Shown here: in pieces, positions 27,960 through 37,194 of the stretch
How the letters are laid out: each line of letters opens with the position of its first letter
How positions within the stretch are numbered: position 1 is the stretch's first letter
Virus record (IMG/VR): IMGVR_UViG_3300032086_003020
Coordinates: 1-53,013 of that record
Direction: 5' to 3' (one strand)
Source: a virus
Lineage: Duplodnaviria; Caudoviricetes
DNA: 53,013 nucleotides
The notes under the pieces: model-generated
Database searches by the model: none
What the model was told of the DNA's origin: nothing
What the model saw: only the letters and a program-made list of their open reading frames with translations
Made by a program: the position numbers and the translations under genes

Positions 27960-28627
27960 TTACGTCATCAATCGGATCTAATCAACTGATTAGTCCACAA
28001 AAATGGATGCATAAAGTTGATTATCATGCCTTTGTAGAGCCACAATATCTGCATATTGGTGATATGTGGATTCGTCATGAGTATATCAGTTTCTCTTTAG
28101 ATCCAAAGTATAAGAACAGAAGGGATGCGAAGATCTATAAAGTTTGTCCTCATCTGTTTGTACCTGGTTATGAGTATTATATTTGGATGGACTCTACACA
28201 TATCTTAGAAGCAGATCCTGAAGAATTGATTGAAAAATACTTGAAAGGATCTGACATTGCTGTATTTAAACATCCAGAAAGAGATTGTGTTTATGAAGAA
28301 GGTAATCTTGTAAAACAAATTGGATTTGATCATCCTAACTTAGTAGAAGATCAACTTGACTTCTATAGAGAGATGGGTTATCCTTATCATAATGGGTTGT
28401 ATGAACTTCCCGTTAGAGTGCAAAGAAATAATGAACGGACACAGCAACTTGGTTTAATGTGGTGGGAACAGATTTGCATGTTCTCTTCAAGAGATCAAAT
28501 TAGTTTCCCGTTTGTTTGTCATCAACTAAATATCAAACCAAATATCATTCCTGGGAGAGCAAACACTATCCGAGGAAATGATTTTATTCCACAAGTAGTC
28601 AGTTCTCATCATAGCCGAGTTGGATAA
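27935..28627 (+). CDS. DUF616-like putative glycosyltransferase
   Basis: K..PH.F..YEYYIWMD, FKHPERDCVYEE, SRDQISF. Confidence 0.75.
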   Translation: MSDKRIAVITSSIGSNQLISPQKWMHKVDYHAFVEPQYLHIGDMWIRHEYISFSLDPKYKNRRDAKIYKVCPHLFVPGYEYYIWMDSTHILEADPEELIEKYLKGSDIAVFKHPERDCVYEEGNLVKQIGFDHPNLVEDQLDFYREMGYPYHNGLYELPVRVQRNNERTQQLGLMWWEQICMFSSRDQISFPFVCHQLNIKPNIIPGRANTIRGNDFIPQVVSSHHSRVG

Positions 28628-29949
28628 TGTGTAGTTTTCTTTTTACTGATGTTGATGTAAATGATTTTGATTACACAAATCATTACATGAGATTTCGTGG
28701 TCCTGATGCCACAAATAGTATTCAAGTTAATGAGTACACAATTGCTCATAATATTCTCTCAATTACTGGAGAGTTTACACCACAACCGTTTGTAGATCAT
28801 GATGACGAGATTGTATGTGTCTATAACGGACAGATCTATAATTATGATGACTTTGGTGACTTTGGGTCTGATGGTGAATGCATTATTCCAACATATAAAA
28901 AGTTTGGTGAACGTGCATTTGTTACACTAGATGGTGAATTTGCTATCGTCCTAGCAGATTTTAAAAACAATCGTTTGCATCTTGTTACTGATCCCTTCGC
29001 AACCAAACCATTATGGTATGGTATTGAAGCTGGTCGTATTGCTGTAGCAAGTTATGAGTCTGCTGTTAAATCATTGGGAATCAAAGCAACTAAGTTAGAA
29101 GCAAATACTATTCTAACTCTTGAACTTGATTCAAAGGCATTTGTAAATTCTATCAGAACATATGAGTTTGTTCTGCATCAATTTAATGATTCTTTTGATG
29201 GATGGATTCGTGCATTTGAAGAATCTGTTCGTAAGAGAACCAGAGGTATTCGTGAGAAAGTATTCATTGGGTTGTCCAGTGGATATGATAGTGGTGGAAT
29301 TGCTTGTGAACTGAATAAGCAGAACGTTCCTTACAAAGCATATACAGTTGTTGGTCATGAGGACCAGGATGTGCTTCGTAAGAGATATGAAATGTTTAAT
29401 TCAAATTCTTGTGGTGTACATCTTCAAGATAATCGTTGGGCATACAAAGATTACATTAATAAAAATGTAGAAGAGTTTAAGTATCGTATCTACTCTTCTA
29501 GTAGTGATTACAATGAGTTCAATACTAGACTGCAGGATGACAATGGATCTTGTGGTCTTTCTATGATTTGTGACAATGCTCGCAAAGAAGGACATAAGAT
29601 CTATCTCTCAGGGTCTGGGTCGGATGAAATCTTCTCTGACTATGGATTTAATGGTGAGAAGAAGTTCCTGCATAGTAATTTTGGTGGACTGTTCCCTGAA
29701 GATTTGGCAACTATCTTCCCTTGGGCTTCATTTTATGGAAGCACTATGGTATCATATCTTGCGAAGGAAGAGTATGTTGCTGGTTCCTATGGTATAGAAA
29801 CACGTTATCCATATTTGGATAAATACGTCGTACAAGAATTCCTGTCACTGACTCATACATTAAAGAATTCAAAGTATAAGTCTGTGCTTGATGAGTATCT
29901 GACTAGATCAAATTATCCATTTGAAAAAAATATTAAGAGAGGTTTTTGA
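28627..29949 (+). CDS. asparagine synthase-like glutamine amidotransferase
   Basis: N-terminal Cys, RGPD, QPF, YNGQIYN, LDGEFA, LSSGYDS, SGSGSDE, ETRYPYLD. Confidence 0.88.
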   Translation: MCSFLFTDVDVNDFDYTNHYMRFRGPDATNSIQVNEYTIAHNILSITGEFTPQPFVDHDDEIVCVYNGQIYNYDDFGDFGSDGECIIPTYKKFGERAFVTLDGEFAIVLADFKNNRLHLVTDPFATKPLWYGIEAGRIAVASYESAVKSLGIKATKLEANTILTLELDSKAFVNSIRTYEFVLHQFNDSFDGWIRAFEESVRKRTRGIREKVFIGLSSGYDSGGIACELNKQNVPYKAYTVVGHEDQDVLRKRYEMFNSNSCGVHLQDNRWAYKDYINKNVEEFKYRIYSSSSDYNEFNTRLQDDNGSCGLSMICDNARKEGHKIYLSGSGSDEIFSDYGFNGEKKFLHSNFGGLFPEDLATIFPWASFYGSTMVSYLAKEEYVAGSYGIETRYPYLDKYVVQEFLSLTHTLKNSKYKSVLDEYLTRSNYPFEKNIKRGF

Positions 29950-30494
29950 TGTCGTCCACATTATCTAAAGAAGTTCTTCTAAAGCATAAGAAGAATAATG
30001 TATTTGTAGAAACAGGAACACTTTGGGGTGATGGAGTCGCAGTTGCTCTAGAGTGTGGTTACGATAAGGTCATTAGTATAGAGATTGACCCCGATCGAGT
30101 CGCAGCAAACTCTGAAAGGTTTGCTGACGAGATTGCAGAGGGTCGTGTGGAATTGGTTGAGGGTGACACCTTTGATGTCTTTGAGGGCATTGTGGAGGGT
30201 CTTGAGGAACCAGCAACGTTCTGGTTAGATGCTCACTGGGATAATGATGGAGCACCAATCGGTGAGTACAAGTGCCCACTTCCATTTGAACTTGATACGA
30301 TTGCAAAGAGTGATATCAGAACTCATACTTTGATGATTGATGATCGTAGACTATTTGGTGATCAAGGAAGCACTTGGGGTAATACTATTGATGAGAGTGC
30401 AATCTATGAGCAGATAACTGCGATTAATGGATCCTACTTCATTGCATATGAAGATGGTCACGTAGAGAATGATGTTATTGTTGCCTCTTGCTAA
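29946..30494 (+). CDS. putative SAM-dependent methyltransferase
   Basis: FVETGTLWG, SIEID, FWLDAH, IDD. Confidence 0.7.
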   Translation: MMSSTLSKEVLLKHKKNNVFVETGTLWGDGVAVALECGYDKVISIEIDPDRVAANSERFADEIAEGRVELVEGDTFDVFEGIVEGLEEPATFWLDAHWDNDGAPIGEYKCPLPFELDTIAKSDIRTHTLMIDDRRLFGDQGSTWGNTIDESAIYEQITAINGSYFIAYEDGHVENDVIVASC

Positions 30495-31297
30495 TTATGA
30501 ATTACAATGTGTTTACTACGGCTAACAAGTCGTACTTTCCTTTTGTTGATGTACTTGTAAATTCTTTAACCGAGAATTGCCCAAATCTCAAACGAATTTA
30601 TATTGCAGATTGTGGTCTCGGTGAATATCGTAAGTATCTTCAGGGTAAAGATAATGTGTCTATCATGGACACAGATGTTATTGATGAATACTCTGGTGTC
30701 CATTCTGAAGGTTGGGTAAAAGCAACTCAACAGAAGACCAGAGTTCTGAGCAAACTCCTGACTATGATGGACTTTGAAGATCCACTCATCATGATTGATA
30801 GTGATGTATGCGTCTTAGAAGATCTAGCACAGGTCATTGATAATGAGTTTGATATGCAAGTGACTACAATGAATACTGGTGGTCATACCCGTGCTGATGG
30901 AATCTTTATCAGTGAGATTGCAAGTTTCTTAGTTATCAATAATTGTGATCTTGGTAGGTCTTTTGTTCTTAATTGGATTAAGCAGATGGAAGAGTTTGCT
31001 AAAAATGGAACTCCATTCCCTCACGAAACTCCTGCACTAAATATGACCTTGCAGAATAACAATCTACTTAAAGTTGGTTATCTAAAAGAATTGGAAGTTT
31101 GTGCGGATCAAGAGTTGACTTCTAACACTATTTCTATTCACTTTAAGAGCAATGGTTCCACAAAGGACAATCCTGTGGTAAACTTTGAGAGTAGAGTTAT
31201 GTCAGTCAACAATAGAACTAATAATGATCTTGAAGTTGACAAATACCTGAACGAAGAAATGTATGACCAATGGAGATCTGAATATGAAACTAACTGA
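30488..31297 (+). CDS. nucleotide-diphospho-sugar transferase (GT-A)
   Basis: TANKSY, IADCGL, MIDSDV DxD motif. Confidence 0.7.
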   Translation: MLIMNYNVFTTANKSYFPFVDVLVNSLTENCPNLKRIYIADCGLGEYRKYLQGKDNVSIMDTDVIDEYSGVHSEGWVKATQQKTRVLSKLLTMMDFEDPLIMIDSDVCVLEDLAQVIDNEFDMQVTTMNTGGHTRADGIFISEIASFLVINNCDLGRSFVLNWIKQMEEFAKNGTPFPHETPALNMTLQNNNLLKVGYLKELEVCADQELTSNTISIHFKSNGSTKDNPVVNFESRVMSVNNRTNNDLEVDKYLNEEMYDQWRSEYETN

Positions 31298-31871
31298 TAT
31301 TCATACACAATTTAAGACTGATAAGGGAACTGCTCATGATTATATTCCCTACTATGAGCAGACTTTTTCTGGCCGTAGAACAGAAAAATTAAACGTTCTT
31401 GAAATTGGTGTTCTTTTTGGCGGATCACTCAAGATGTGGGAACACTACTTTGAGAACTCCAACATATATGGTGTTGAAGATTTTTCTCAACAGGATGGGC
31501 AGTGGCACTATCAATATGAACCAGTAGATGGTGATGCTGTTATGGAGGATGTTAATAGTCATGAACGGATTACACTATTCAACTTTGATTGTGAAAATCT
31601 AAATCATATTCAGGAACACTTTGGTGATCTAAAATTTGACATTATTCTTGATGATGCAAATCATAAGTTGACTCAGCAGATGAAAAACTTTGAAAATTAC
31701 TTTCCATATCTAAATGATGGTGGAGTTTATATTTGCGAAGATGTTCAGACTGCAGAAACTGCTAAAGAACTTCGGGAGTTTATTTTAGAACTTTATCCTG
31801 ATAGGGAAGTGCATATTGTTGAGTGTGACTTAAATAAAAAGTCTGACGATCGATTAGTGGTGGTTGTATGA
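31284..31871 (+). CDS. class I SAM-dependent (sugar O-)methyltransferase
   Basis: TDK..AHDY, VLEIGVLFGGS, FDIILDDANH, GGVYICED. Confidence 0.85.
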   Translation: MKLTDIHTQFKTDKGTAHDYIPYYEQTFSGRRTEKLNVLEIGVLFGGSLKMWEHYFENSNIYGVEDFSQQDGQWHYQYEPVDGDAVMEDVNSHERITLFNFDCENLNHIQEHFGDLKFDIILDDANHKLTQQMKNFENYFPYLNDGGVYICEDVQTAETAKELREFILELYPDREVHIVECDLNKKSDDRLVVVV

Positions 31872-32659
31872 GAACTTTAAACATCTATTGTGACGGTGGT
31901 TTTGGCAATCGTTATGGAACTTTGCTCGGCGGACTTGCTGTAGCAAATTACCATGAAATGCGTCCAGTTGTTATCTGGAGAGATACTTCTGCATGTCGTT
32001 TGCCATTTCATGAAATCTTCACGTCTGACATAGATGTGGTTGATAAACCACTACAGGATTTTTCTAGTAGTGTGCTTCTTATGCATGAAGATTTTATCCA
32101 AGGAGTTAAAAATTATAATATTAACTCCTTTGGTTCTATTGATGATCTTCCAGTGTCTAATTGTGGTTCATATGTTTACAATAATAATTGGATCCCTGAA
32201 TGGTTGAATGAGAATCTTGTTATTGAAGCAGGTAGACAGTTGAAGTTTGTAGATAAGATCAAAAACTTTTGCGATCAATACTGTAAGAAACATTCTATAA
32301 CACCATTTACTATTGGTATTCATTTGAGAGCAACAGATTTCAATACTTTTATTCCTAAGTTTGATAGAGAATATAAGTGGGTTGAAGGACAACCAGAAGA
32401 ATCATTCTTTGTTTTATCTGATGATCCGAATATTGAAAAGAAATTTAATAAACTCAAGAACGTAGTTGTTCGTATGAAAGAACATTACGTTGAAAAAGAA
32501 AATAAAGATGCTGGTTGGTGTGGAAACGTAGAAAGAACTTCTGAAAGTGTTATGGATGCTCTCATTGACTTGACAATTCTTTCTAAAACAAATATTATGG
32601 TAAACTCACCCAGTTCATTTTTGAAAACGGCTCTGTTATTACGCAAGATTAATGGATAA
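31868..32659 (+). CDS. putative fucosyltransferase (NodZ/O-FucT-like GT-B)
   Basis: GGFGNR, GIHLRATD, FVLSDD, ALIDL.ILS...SSF. Confidence 0.75.
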   Translation: MRTLNIYCDGGFGNRYGTLLGGLAVANYHEMRPVVIWRDTSACRLPFHEIFTSDIDVVDKPLQDFSSSVLLMHEDFIQGVKNYNINSFGSIDDLPVSNCGSYVYNNNWIPEWLNENLVIEAGRQLKFVDKIKNFCDQYCKKHSITPFTIGIHLRATDFNTFIPKFDREYKWVEGQPEESFFVLSDDPNIEKKFNKLKNVVVRMKEHYVEKENKDAGWCGNVERTSESVMDALIDLTILSKTNIMVNSPSSFLKTALLLRKING

Positions 32660-33446
32660 AAATAAATCAACATTCAAACTTCAAGGTTTTGGTCCTATCT
32701 ATTATCTCAATCTCGATGGTCAACCAGAGAGACGTGAGTTTATGGAGGACCAATTTAAGTATTGGGAGATTGAAAACTATGAAAGAATCTCTGCATACGA
32801 TGGTAGACAAGATGATCTCAGTGACATTTTAAAGGGTCGTTATCCTGAGAGGATGACTCCTGGTGAGATTGGATGTGTTACATCACATCTGAAAGCAATC
32901 AGGCATTGGTTGGACACTTCTGATTCACCTTATGCAGTCTTCATGGAAGACGATTGTAGTCTTGATCTTGTAAGGTTTTGGCCATTTACTTGGAGAGACT
33001 TTTATTCTCGTCTTCCTTATGACTGGGATTGTGTACAGATTTCTATTATCTGTACTGGTGATATTCATGTCAGACTTCACAAACGTTTTGTTAATGATTT
33101 CTCGACAGCATGTTATATTATGAATCGTCGGTATGCTGAGAAACTCATGCATTTCCACGTCAAGGGTCCCGACAAATATAAACTTGATAATGGTGTGAAA
33201 CCACGTCCAGTTGCGGACGATCTTCTGTATAATGCAGGGAATACATATGCAATTCCTTTGCTTCTATACAGGACTGAGTTAGGTTCTTCTATTCATCCAG
33301 AACATGTGGATGTATTCCATAAGCAGAACTATCAGTCTCAATGGAATTATTGGGAGACTTCTGGGTCTAAGATGAGTCTTGCGGACATCGTGAACTATGA
33401 TCCATACCTGGGTCGAGTCACGGAACCCTCACAACAAAAGTCTTGA
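32652..33446 (+). CDS. glycosyltransferase family 25
   Basis: YLNL...ERR, SAYDG, GEIGCVTSH, FMEDD. Confidence 0.88.
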   Translation: MDKNKSTFKLQGFGPIYYLNLDGQPERREFMEDQFKYWEIENYERISAYDGRQDDLSDILKGRYPERMTPGEIGCVTSHLKAIRHWLDTSDSPYAVFMEDDCSLDLVRFWPFTWRDFYSRLPYDWDCVQISIICTGDIHVRLHKRFVNDFSTACYIMNRRYAEKLMHFHVKGPDKYKLDNGVKPRPVADDLLYNAGNTYAIPLLLYRTELGSSIHPEHVDVFHKQNYQSQWNYWETSGSKMSLADIVNYDPYLGRVTEPSQQKS

Positions 33447-33471
33447 CAGAACTTTACATTTCCTATATAAT
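33443..33471 (+). promoter_or_regulatory. sigma70-type early promoter for hli operon
   Basis: TTGACA-17-TATAAT. Confidence 0.9.
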
Positions 33472-33497
33472 TATGTTGTAAATCTTTACAAAGGGAA

Positions 33498-33716
33498 ATG
33501 ACTGTAACTAAAAATGAATTTGGGCAAATGAATATGTTTGCCAAAGAACCTTCAATGTACATGACCAAGGAAGATCTTGATCGTTATGGTATTGAAACTC
33601 ATGCAGAGAAAGCAGAGAAACTAAATGGTCGTACTGCTATGCTTGGATTTGCCGCTGCAGTCATTTCCTATGCTACAACTGGTAGTGTCTTCTTCTTCGG
33701 ATTATTTGGATTCTGA
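33498..33716 (+). CDS. hli: high-light inducible protein
   Basis: AEKLNGRTAMLGF chlorophyll-binding helix. Confidence 0.93.
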   Translation: MTVTKNEFGQMNMFAKEPSMYMTKEDLDRYGIETHAEKAEKLNGRTAMLGFAAAVISYATTGSVFFFGLFGF

Positions 33717-33802
33717 TGACTGAAGTAATTTTTACTCTAACGACGGTAACTTTTTTCTGTCTTCTTGCATATTCTGTTGAACAACTATCTGAGACTTATT
33801 AA
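33716..33802 (+). CDS. small hydrophobic peptide (28 aa)
   Basis: TGATG and TAATG coupling at both ends. Confidence 0.5.
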   Translation: MTEVIFTLTTVTFFCLLAYSVEQLSETY

Positions 33803-34020
33803 TGGAAACTTCTTTGATTGAACTTCTGACTTATTATGTTATTGGTGGTGCTCTTTTGATTGGAGCACCTGCAGTATTCTTTCTTATTGCTTTTATGCCT
33901 GCCCTTCAAAATACGAAGGGTCGTATGGTAGGATACAAAGATCATAAAACCTATGGTGATAGTTCTATCTATGAAAACACCCGTGGGGACAACACTAAAT
34001 TTTTTCTTGAACTCTCATGA
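33802..34020 (+). CDS. small membrane protein
   Basis: Single hydrophobic helix. Confidence 0.7.
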   Translation: METSLIELLTYYVIGGALLIGAPAVFFLIAFMPALQNTKGRMVGYKDHKTYGDSSIYENTRGDNTKFFLELS

Positions 34021-34307
34021 ATAAGTTTCTTCTATTTTCAAAAGACTCTTGTGGACCATGTATGTTGGTTGAAAAGTATTTCAAAACTCTTGGAGATCAA
34101 CGTACTGATATTATTAAAAAAATTGATCTTGAGGACGTAAGTGATACACCTATTCCTCAGGAAAATCTTGATCTTGCCAAGAAGTATGGTGTGACTGCTA
34201 CTCCAGTTCTTATTGTTACTGATGCTGATGGTATCAAACTTGATGAAAAGGTTGGAGGAATGCAAATCACTCAGAACATTAGAAAGTTATTTGATCAATA
34301 TGCCTAA
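34017..34307 (+). CDS. thioredoxin-like protein
   Basis: CGPC active site, KYGVTATP cis-Pro loop. Confidence 0.85.
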   Translation: MNKFLLFSKDSCGPCMLVEKYFKTLGDQRTDIIKKIDLEDVSDTPIPQENLDLAKKYGVTATPVLIVTDADGIKLDEKVGGMQITQNIRKLFDQYA

Positions 34308-34449
34308 TCCAAATCAACTCTATGAAGACATGGAGAAACTAAATGCCCTATATGAAGAACTCTGCTGGGGGCACGATGACGAACTAGTGTTCAGTCACGA
34401 AAATGGTAGAGTCATTATTTACAATAAAACAATGGAGCAAAAACAATGA
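34300..34449 (+). CDS. hypothetical protein
   Basis: ORF MPNPNQLYED... Confidence 0.6.
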   Translation: MPNPNQLYEDMEKLNALYEELCWGHDDELVFSHENGRVIIYNKTMEQKQ

Positions 34450-34553
34450 ACGAAAGAGCAGAACGTATTAATGGATGGGCAGCTATGATTGGTGTCATTG
34501 CTGCAATGGGATCATATGCTGTAACAGGACAAATTATTCCTGGAGTATGGTGA
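34446..34553 (+). CDS. hli: high-light inducible protein (35 aa, absent from ORF track)
   Basis: MNERAERINGWAAMIGVIAAMGSYAVTGQIIPGVW. Confidence 0.93.
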   Translation: MNERAERINGWAAMIGVIAAMGSYAVTGQIIPGVW

Positions 34554-34678
34554 TGTTATTATTAGCAACTTGTCTTTTAGGTGCATTTATAATTGGAACA
34601 GCACTTAAAGATGGAGATGTTGATGATGACGATGATATGGACGGGGGCATGATGGTTCCTGTCCATAATCCAGTATAA
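34553..34678 (+). CDS. small membrane peptide with acidic tail
   Basis: TGATG coupling; hydrophobic helix plus DDDDDMDGGMM. Confidence 0.55.
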   Translation: MLLLATCLLGAFIIGTALKDGDVDDDDDMDGGMMVPVHNPV

Positions 34679-34716
34679 ATAAAAATAATAAACTTATTGT
34701 CATAGAGAATAGAGTT

Positions 34717-35379
34717 ATGTCAGTTAGTAGAGATGTTGAAATCCAAAATAGAATGAAGGCAATGGCAGAGAGACATTCACCAATTGAGTATATGTCTGGT
34801 TTGCCGTTGGCACGATTTATTATGCGTGAGAATGGTGAGTTTGTAGAAAAAACTACAAGAGATCTTTTCTTTGACAAGAGAGTCGTTTTATTCGGACTTC
34901 CTGGTGCCTTTACTCCTACTTGCACTACAAGTCAAGTTCCTGACTTTGAGGCAGCATATGACGATTTAATTGCTGCTGGTGTTGACGAAGTATATTGTAT
35001 TAGTGTTAATGATGCATTTGTAATGAATGCATGGAGAGAAAGTCTAGGTGTAGAAAAGGTAAAGTTCATTCCTGATGGAAATGGATTCTTTACAAGACAA
35101 CTTGGTAAGAGTGTCTTTAAATCTAATCTTGGTTTTGGTGTTAGATCTTGGAGATATGCTGCAGTAGTCGATTCTGATGTCATTGAAGTTATGTTCAGTG
35201 AAGAAGGTCAGGTTGATAATTGTAAGGAAGATCCATATGAGATGTCAAAACCAGAGAAAGTACTTAACTATCTAAAAGAAGTTTCTCGTAGAGAAGATCT
35301 TAAGACAGAAGAAGATGAGGATGCTATTAGTGTATTGGAAAAGTTTGAACGTGAACTTTTCCTCAAGAGACACGCTTGA
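34717..35379 (+). CDS. peroxiredoxin (Prx5/type II)
   Basis: LPGAFTPTC, SVNDAFVM.AW, DGNG.FT, RSWRY; TATAAATA upstream. Confidence 0.92.
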   Translation: MSVSRDVEIQNRMKAMAERHSPIEYMSGLPLARFIMRENGEFVEKTTRDLFFDKRVVLFGLPGAFTPTCTTSQVPDFEAAYDDLIAAGVDEVYCISVNDAFVMNAWRESLGVEKVKFIPDGNGFFTRQLGKSVFKSNLGFGVRSWRYAAVVDSDVIEVMFSEEGQVDNCKEDPYEMSKPEKVLNYLKEVSRREDLKTEEDEDAISVLEKFERELFLKRHA

Positions 35380-35418
35380 CAATCGATAGTATATGTGATA
35401 GGTTGAGGTGGTAGTTAT

Positions 35419-36021
35419 ATGAAGGTTATGTTTGTTTCTACTTTAAGTATTGCTGCGGCTGCAACCGCAGCATTTGCTTTATACGGTAAACCATCTGCAC
35501 CACCTCAAGTTGATGTTTCCGTTAATCAGGAGAATGCAGTTCAATTAGAAGTTGTTGAGAAGCAATGGACTTGTCCAACATGTAGTGACAATGAAAAGTA
35601 CGTTTTAAAGCAACTTCAAGAAAACACCCAAATCACCGATCGTAATGCACTTGCAACAATTTTGGGAAATATTAAACAGGAAAGTATGTTCCATCCCAAC
35701 ATCTGCGAGGGAGGTGCTAGAGTTCCTTATGATAGTTGCCATAGCGGTGGTTACGGACTCATTCAGTGGACCTCTACGGGTCGTTATTTGGGGTTAGGAT
35801 CTTTCTGTAAAAAGTATGACTGTGATCCTAGTAGTCTTGAAGGTCAGACTCGTTATATGATTAATGAGAATATTTTCCAACGTTATCTTCCAGAGTTTGA
35901 AGGATCTGGACGCACTGTCCGACAATACATGGTTCCTGCCTATTATTGGTTGGGTTGGGGTATTAAAGGAAATCGTGAGATTTATGCCTATGACTACACT
36001 AAGAAATTCGTATTCTCATGA
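35419..36021 (+). CDS. lysozyme-like cell wall hydrolase with N-terminal anchor
   Basis: ILGNIKQES...GYGLIQWT motif of phage tail lysozyme family. Confidence 0.75.
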   Translation: MKVMFVSTLSIAAAATAAFALYGKPSAPPQVDVSVNQENAVQLEVVEKQWTCPTCSDNEKYVLKQLQENTQITDRNALATILGNIKQESMFHPNICEGGARVPYDSCHSGGYGLIQWTSTGRYLGLGSFCKKYDCDPSSLEGQTRYMINENIFQRYLPEFEGSGRTVRQYMVPAYYWLGWGIKGNREIYAYDYTKKFVFS

Positions 36022-36449
36022 TTATTAAAGCAATTAAACAACTAATCGAAACCCAAACAACTCTTCTTCAAAAGAAAGCAAATGCTTTTGAAGAAGAGGA
36101 TGCTATCGATCAAGAACTTATTGATTGTAAAGAGGTAGAAACTAATTATACTGGTTATCCTCCTCCTGAGTATCTTCAAGATGATCCTTGGTTTCCCTCT
36201 CCCATCCTGTCTGAAAAACAGATGACTGTAAAGGAAGCACACGAACAAGCAATTGCAGATCAACAAATTCTTGATGAGTCTAAAAGTAATGAACCTGCAG
36301 ATATTCATCAAAAACTTTATGAAGTTGCCACTAAGAATTGGACAACTGTAGGAGAAACTCAAATTTCTGCACAAGGTGGATCTGAAAACTTTCAAGAGGG
36401 TCCTGGGGGTTGGCAATCAGGTACTGGTTACGGTCAGTTCAGGGGTTGA
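36018..36449 (+). CDS. hypothetical protein
   Basis: ATGA-coupled ORF. Confidence 0.65.
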   Translation: MIIKAIKQLIETQTTLLQKKANAFEEEDAIDQELIDCKEVETNYTGYPPPEYLQDDPWFPSPILSEKQMTVKEAHEQAIADQQILDESKSNEPADIHQKLYEVATKNWTTVGETQISAQGGSENFQEGPGGWQSGTGYGQFRG

Positions 36450-36479
36450 CAAAACCGAACATCCCTGATATTATAAATA
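36446..36479 (+). promoter_or_regulatory. overlapping early and late promoters
   Basis: TTGACA-17-TATTAT with TATAAATA at 36472. Confidence 0.8.
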
Positions 36480-36630
36480 AAGTTTCGTGAGGGACAACTT
36501 CACGAACTGTAACAAACCCGAATGCCTCAACTACTCGCTGCCTGGTTATGTTATACTGTAAACGCGGGGAACGTCGAATCCCCCTTCATCTGCGGGTGAA
36601 ATTCCGCAAGTAAAAAACGAGGTATCTAAA

Positions 36631-36996
36631 ATGATCAAATCTGTATTCGCAGCAACTGCTGCTCTCTCCATGTCCGCTGGTGCTGCTTTTGCAGGTCCTT
36701 ACGTTAACGTAGAGGCAAACTCTGGTTTCGTAGGTTCTGATTATGCAGGAACCATCACTGATCTACACGTAGGTTACGAAGGTGCTCTAGGTGAGTCTGC
36801 TGCATGGTATGTCCAGGGTGGTCCAGCAATCGTCAGCCCCGATGGTGGTGACACTGACACCGAATTCTCTGGCAAGGCAGGTCTTTCTGCAGGTCTAACC
36901 GAACGTCTAAGTGCATACGGTGAGGTTTCTTTCCTAACCCAAGATGGTTCTGACACCAACTATGGCACTAAGGCAGGTCTGAAGTTCACCTTCTGA
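36631..36996 (+). CDS. small outer-membrane beta-barrel-like protein (cyanophage DUF680-like)
   Basis: Signal peptide AFA|GPY, alternating beta strands, terminal Phe. Confidence 0.8.
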   Translation: MIKSVFAATAALSMSAGAAFAGPYVNVEANSGFVGSDYAGTITDLHVGYEGALGESAAWYVQGGPAIVSPDGGDTDTEFSGKAGLSAGLTERLSAYGEVSFLTQDGSDTNYGTKAGLKFTF

Positions 36997-37015
36997 TCTT
37001 TACTTAGGTAAGATT

Positions 37016-37044
37016 AGGACCCTCTGACGAGGGTCTTTTTTTTT
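37016..37044 (+). terminator. intrinsic terminator
   Basis: AGGACCCTC-TGAC-GAGGGTCTT plus T run. Confidence 0.85.
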
Positions 37045-37046
37045 AT

Positions 37047-37145
37047 GTTAAATTTTGTTTAAACAGTCCTATATACCAAGGTTTGTCTTTTGTTAAATCA
37101 ACTTAACTTGATTTTAACGACGGAATTTGAAGAGAGTGTTATAAT
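37047..37145 (+). promoter_or_regulatory. Pho-box-like repeats and extended -10
   Basis: TTAA cores at 37048/37059 and 37093/37103/37114; TGTTATAAT at 37137-37145; upstream of pstS operon. Confidence 0.7.
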
Positions 37146-37194
37146 AAACAGGTCTTCAACGGACAAACCCGAAAACATTACAAAGGAATTTCAA

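Noticed and set aside
33477-33490. NtcA site at the hli promoter
   Set aside because: Spacing is GTA-N6-TAC rather than the required N8.
37090-37194. Extended N-terminus of the second porin-like ORF
   Set aside because: It covers the Pho box and promoter; the signal peptide and AAGGA RBS support ATG 37195.
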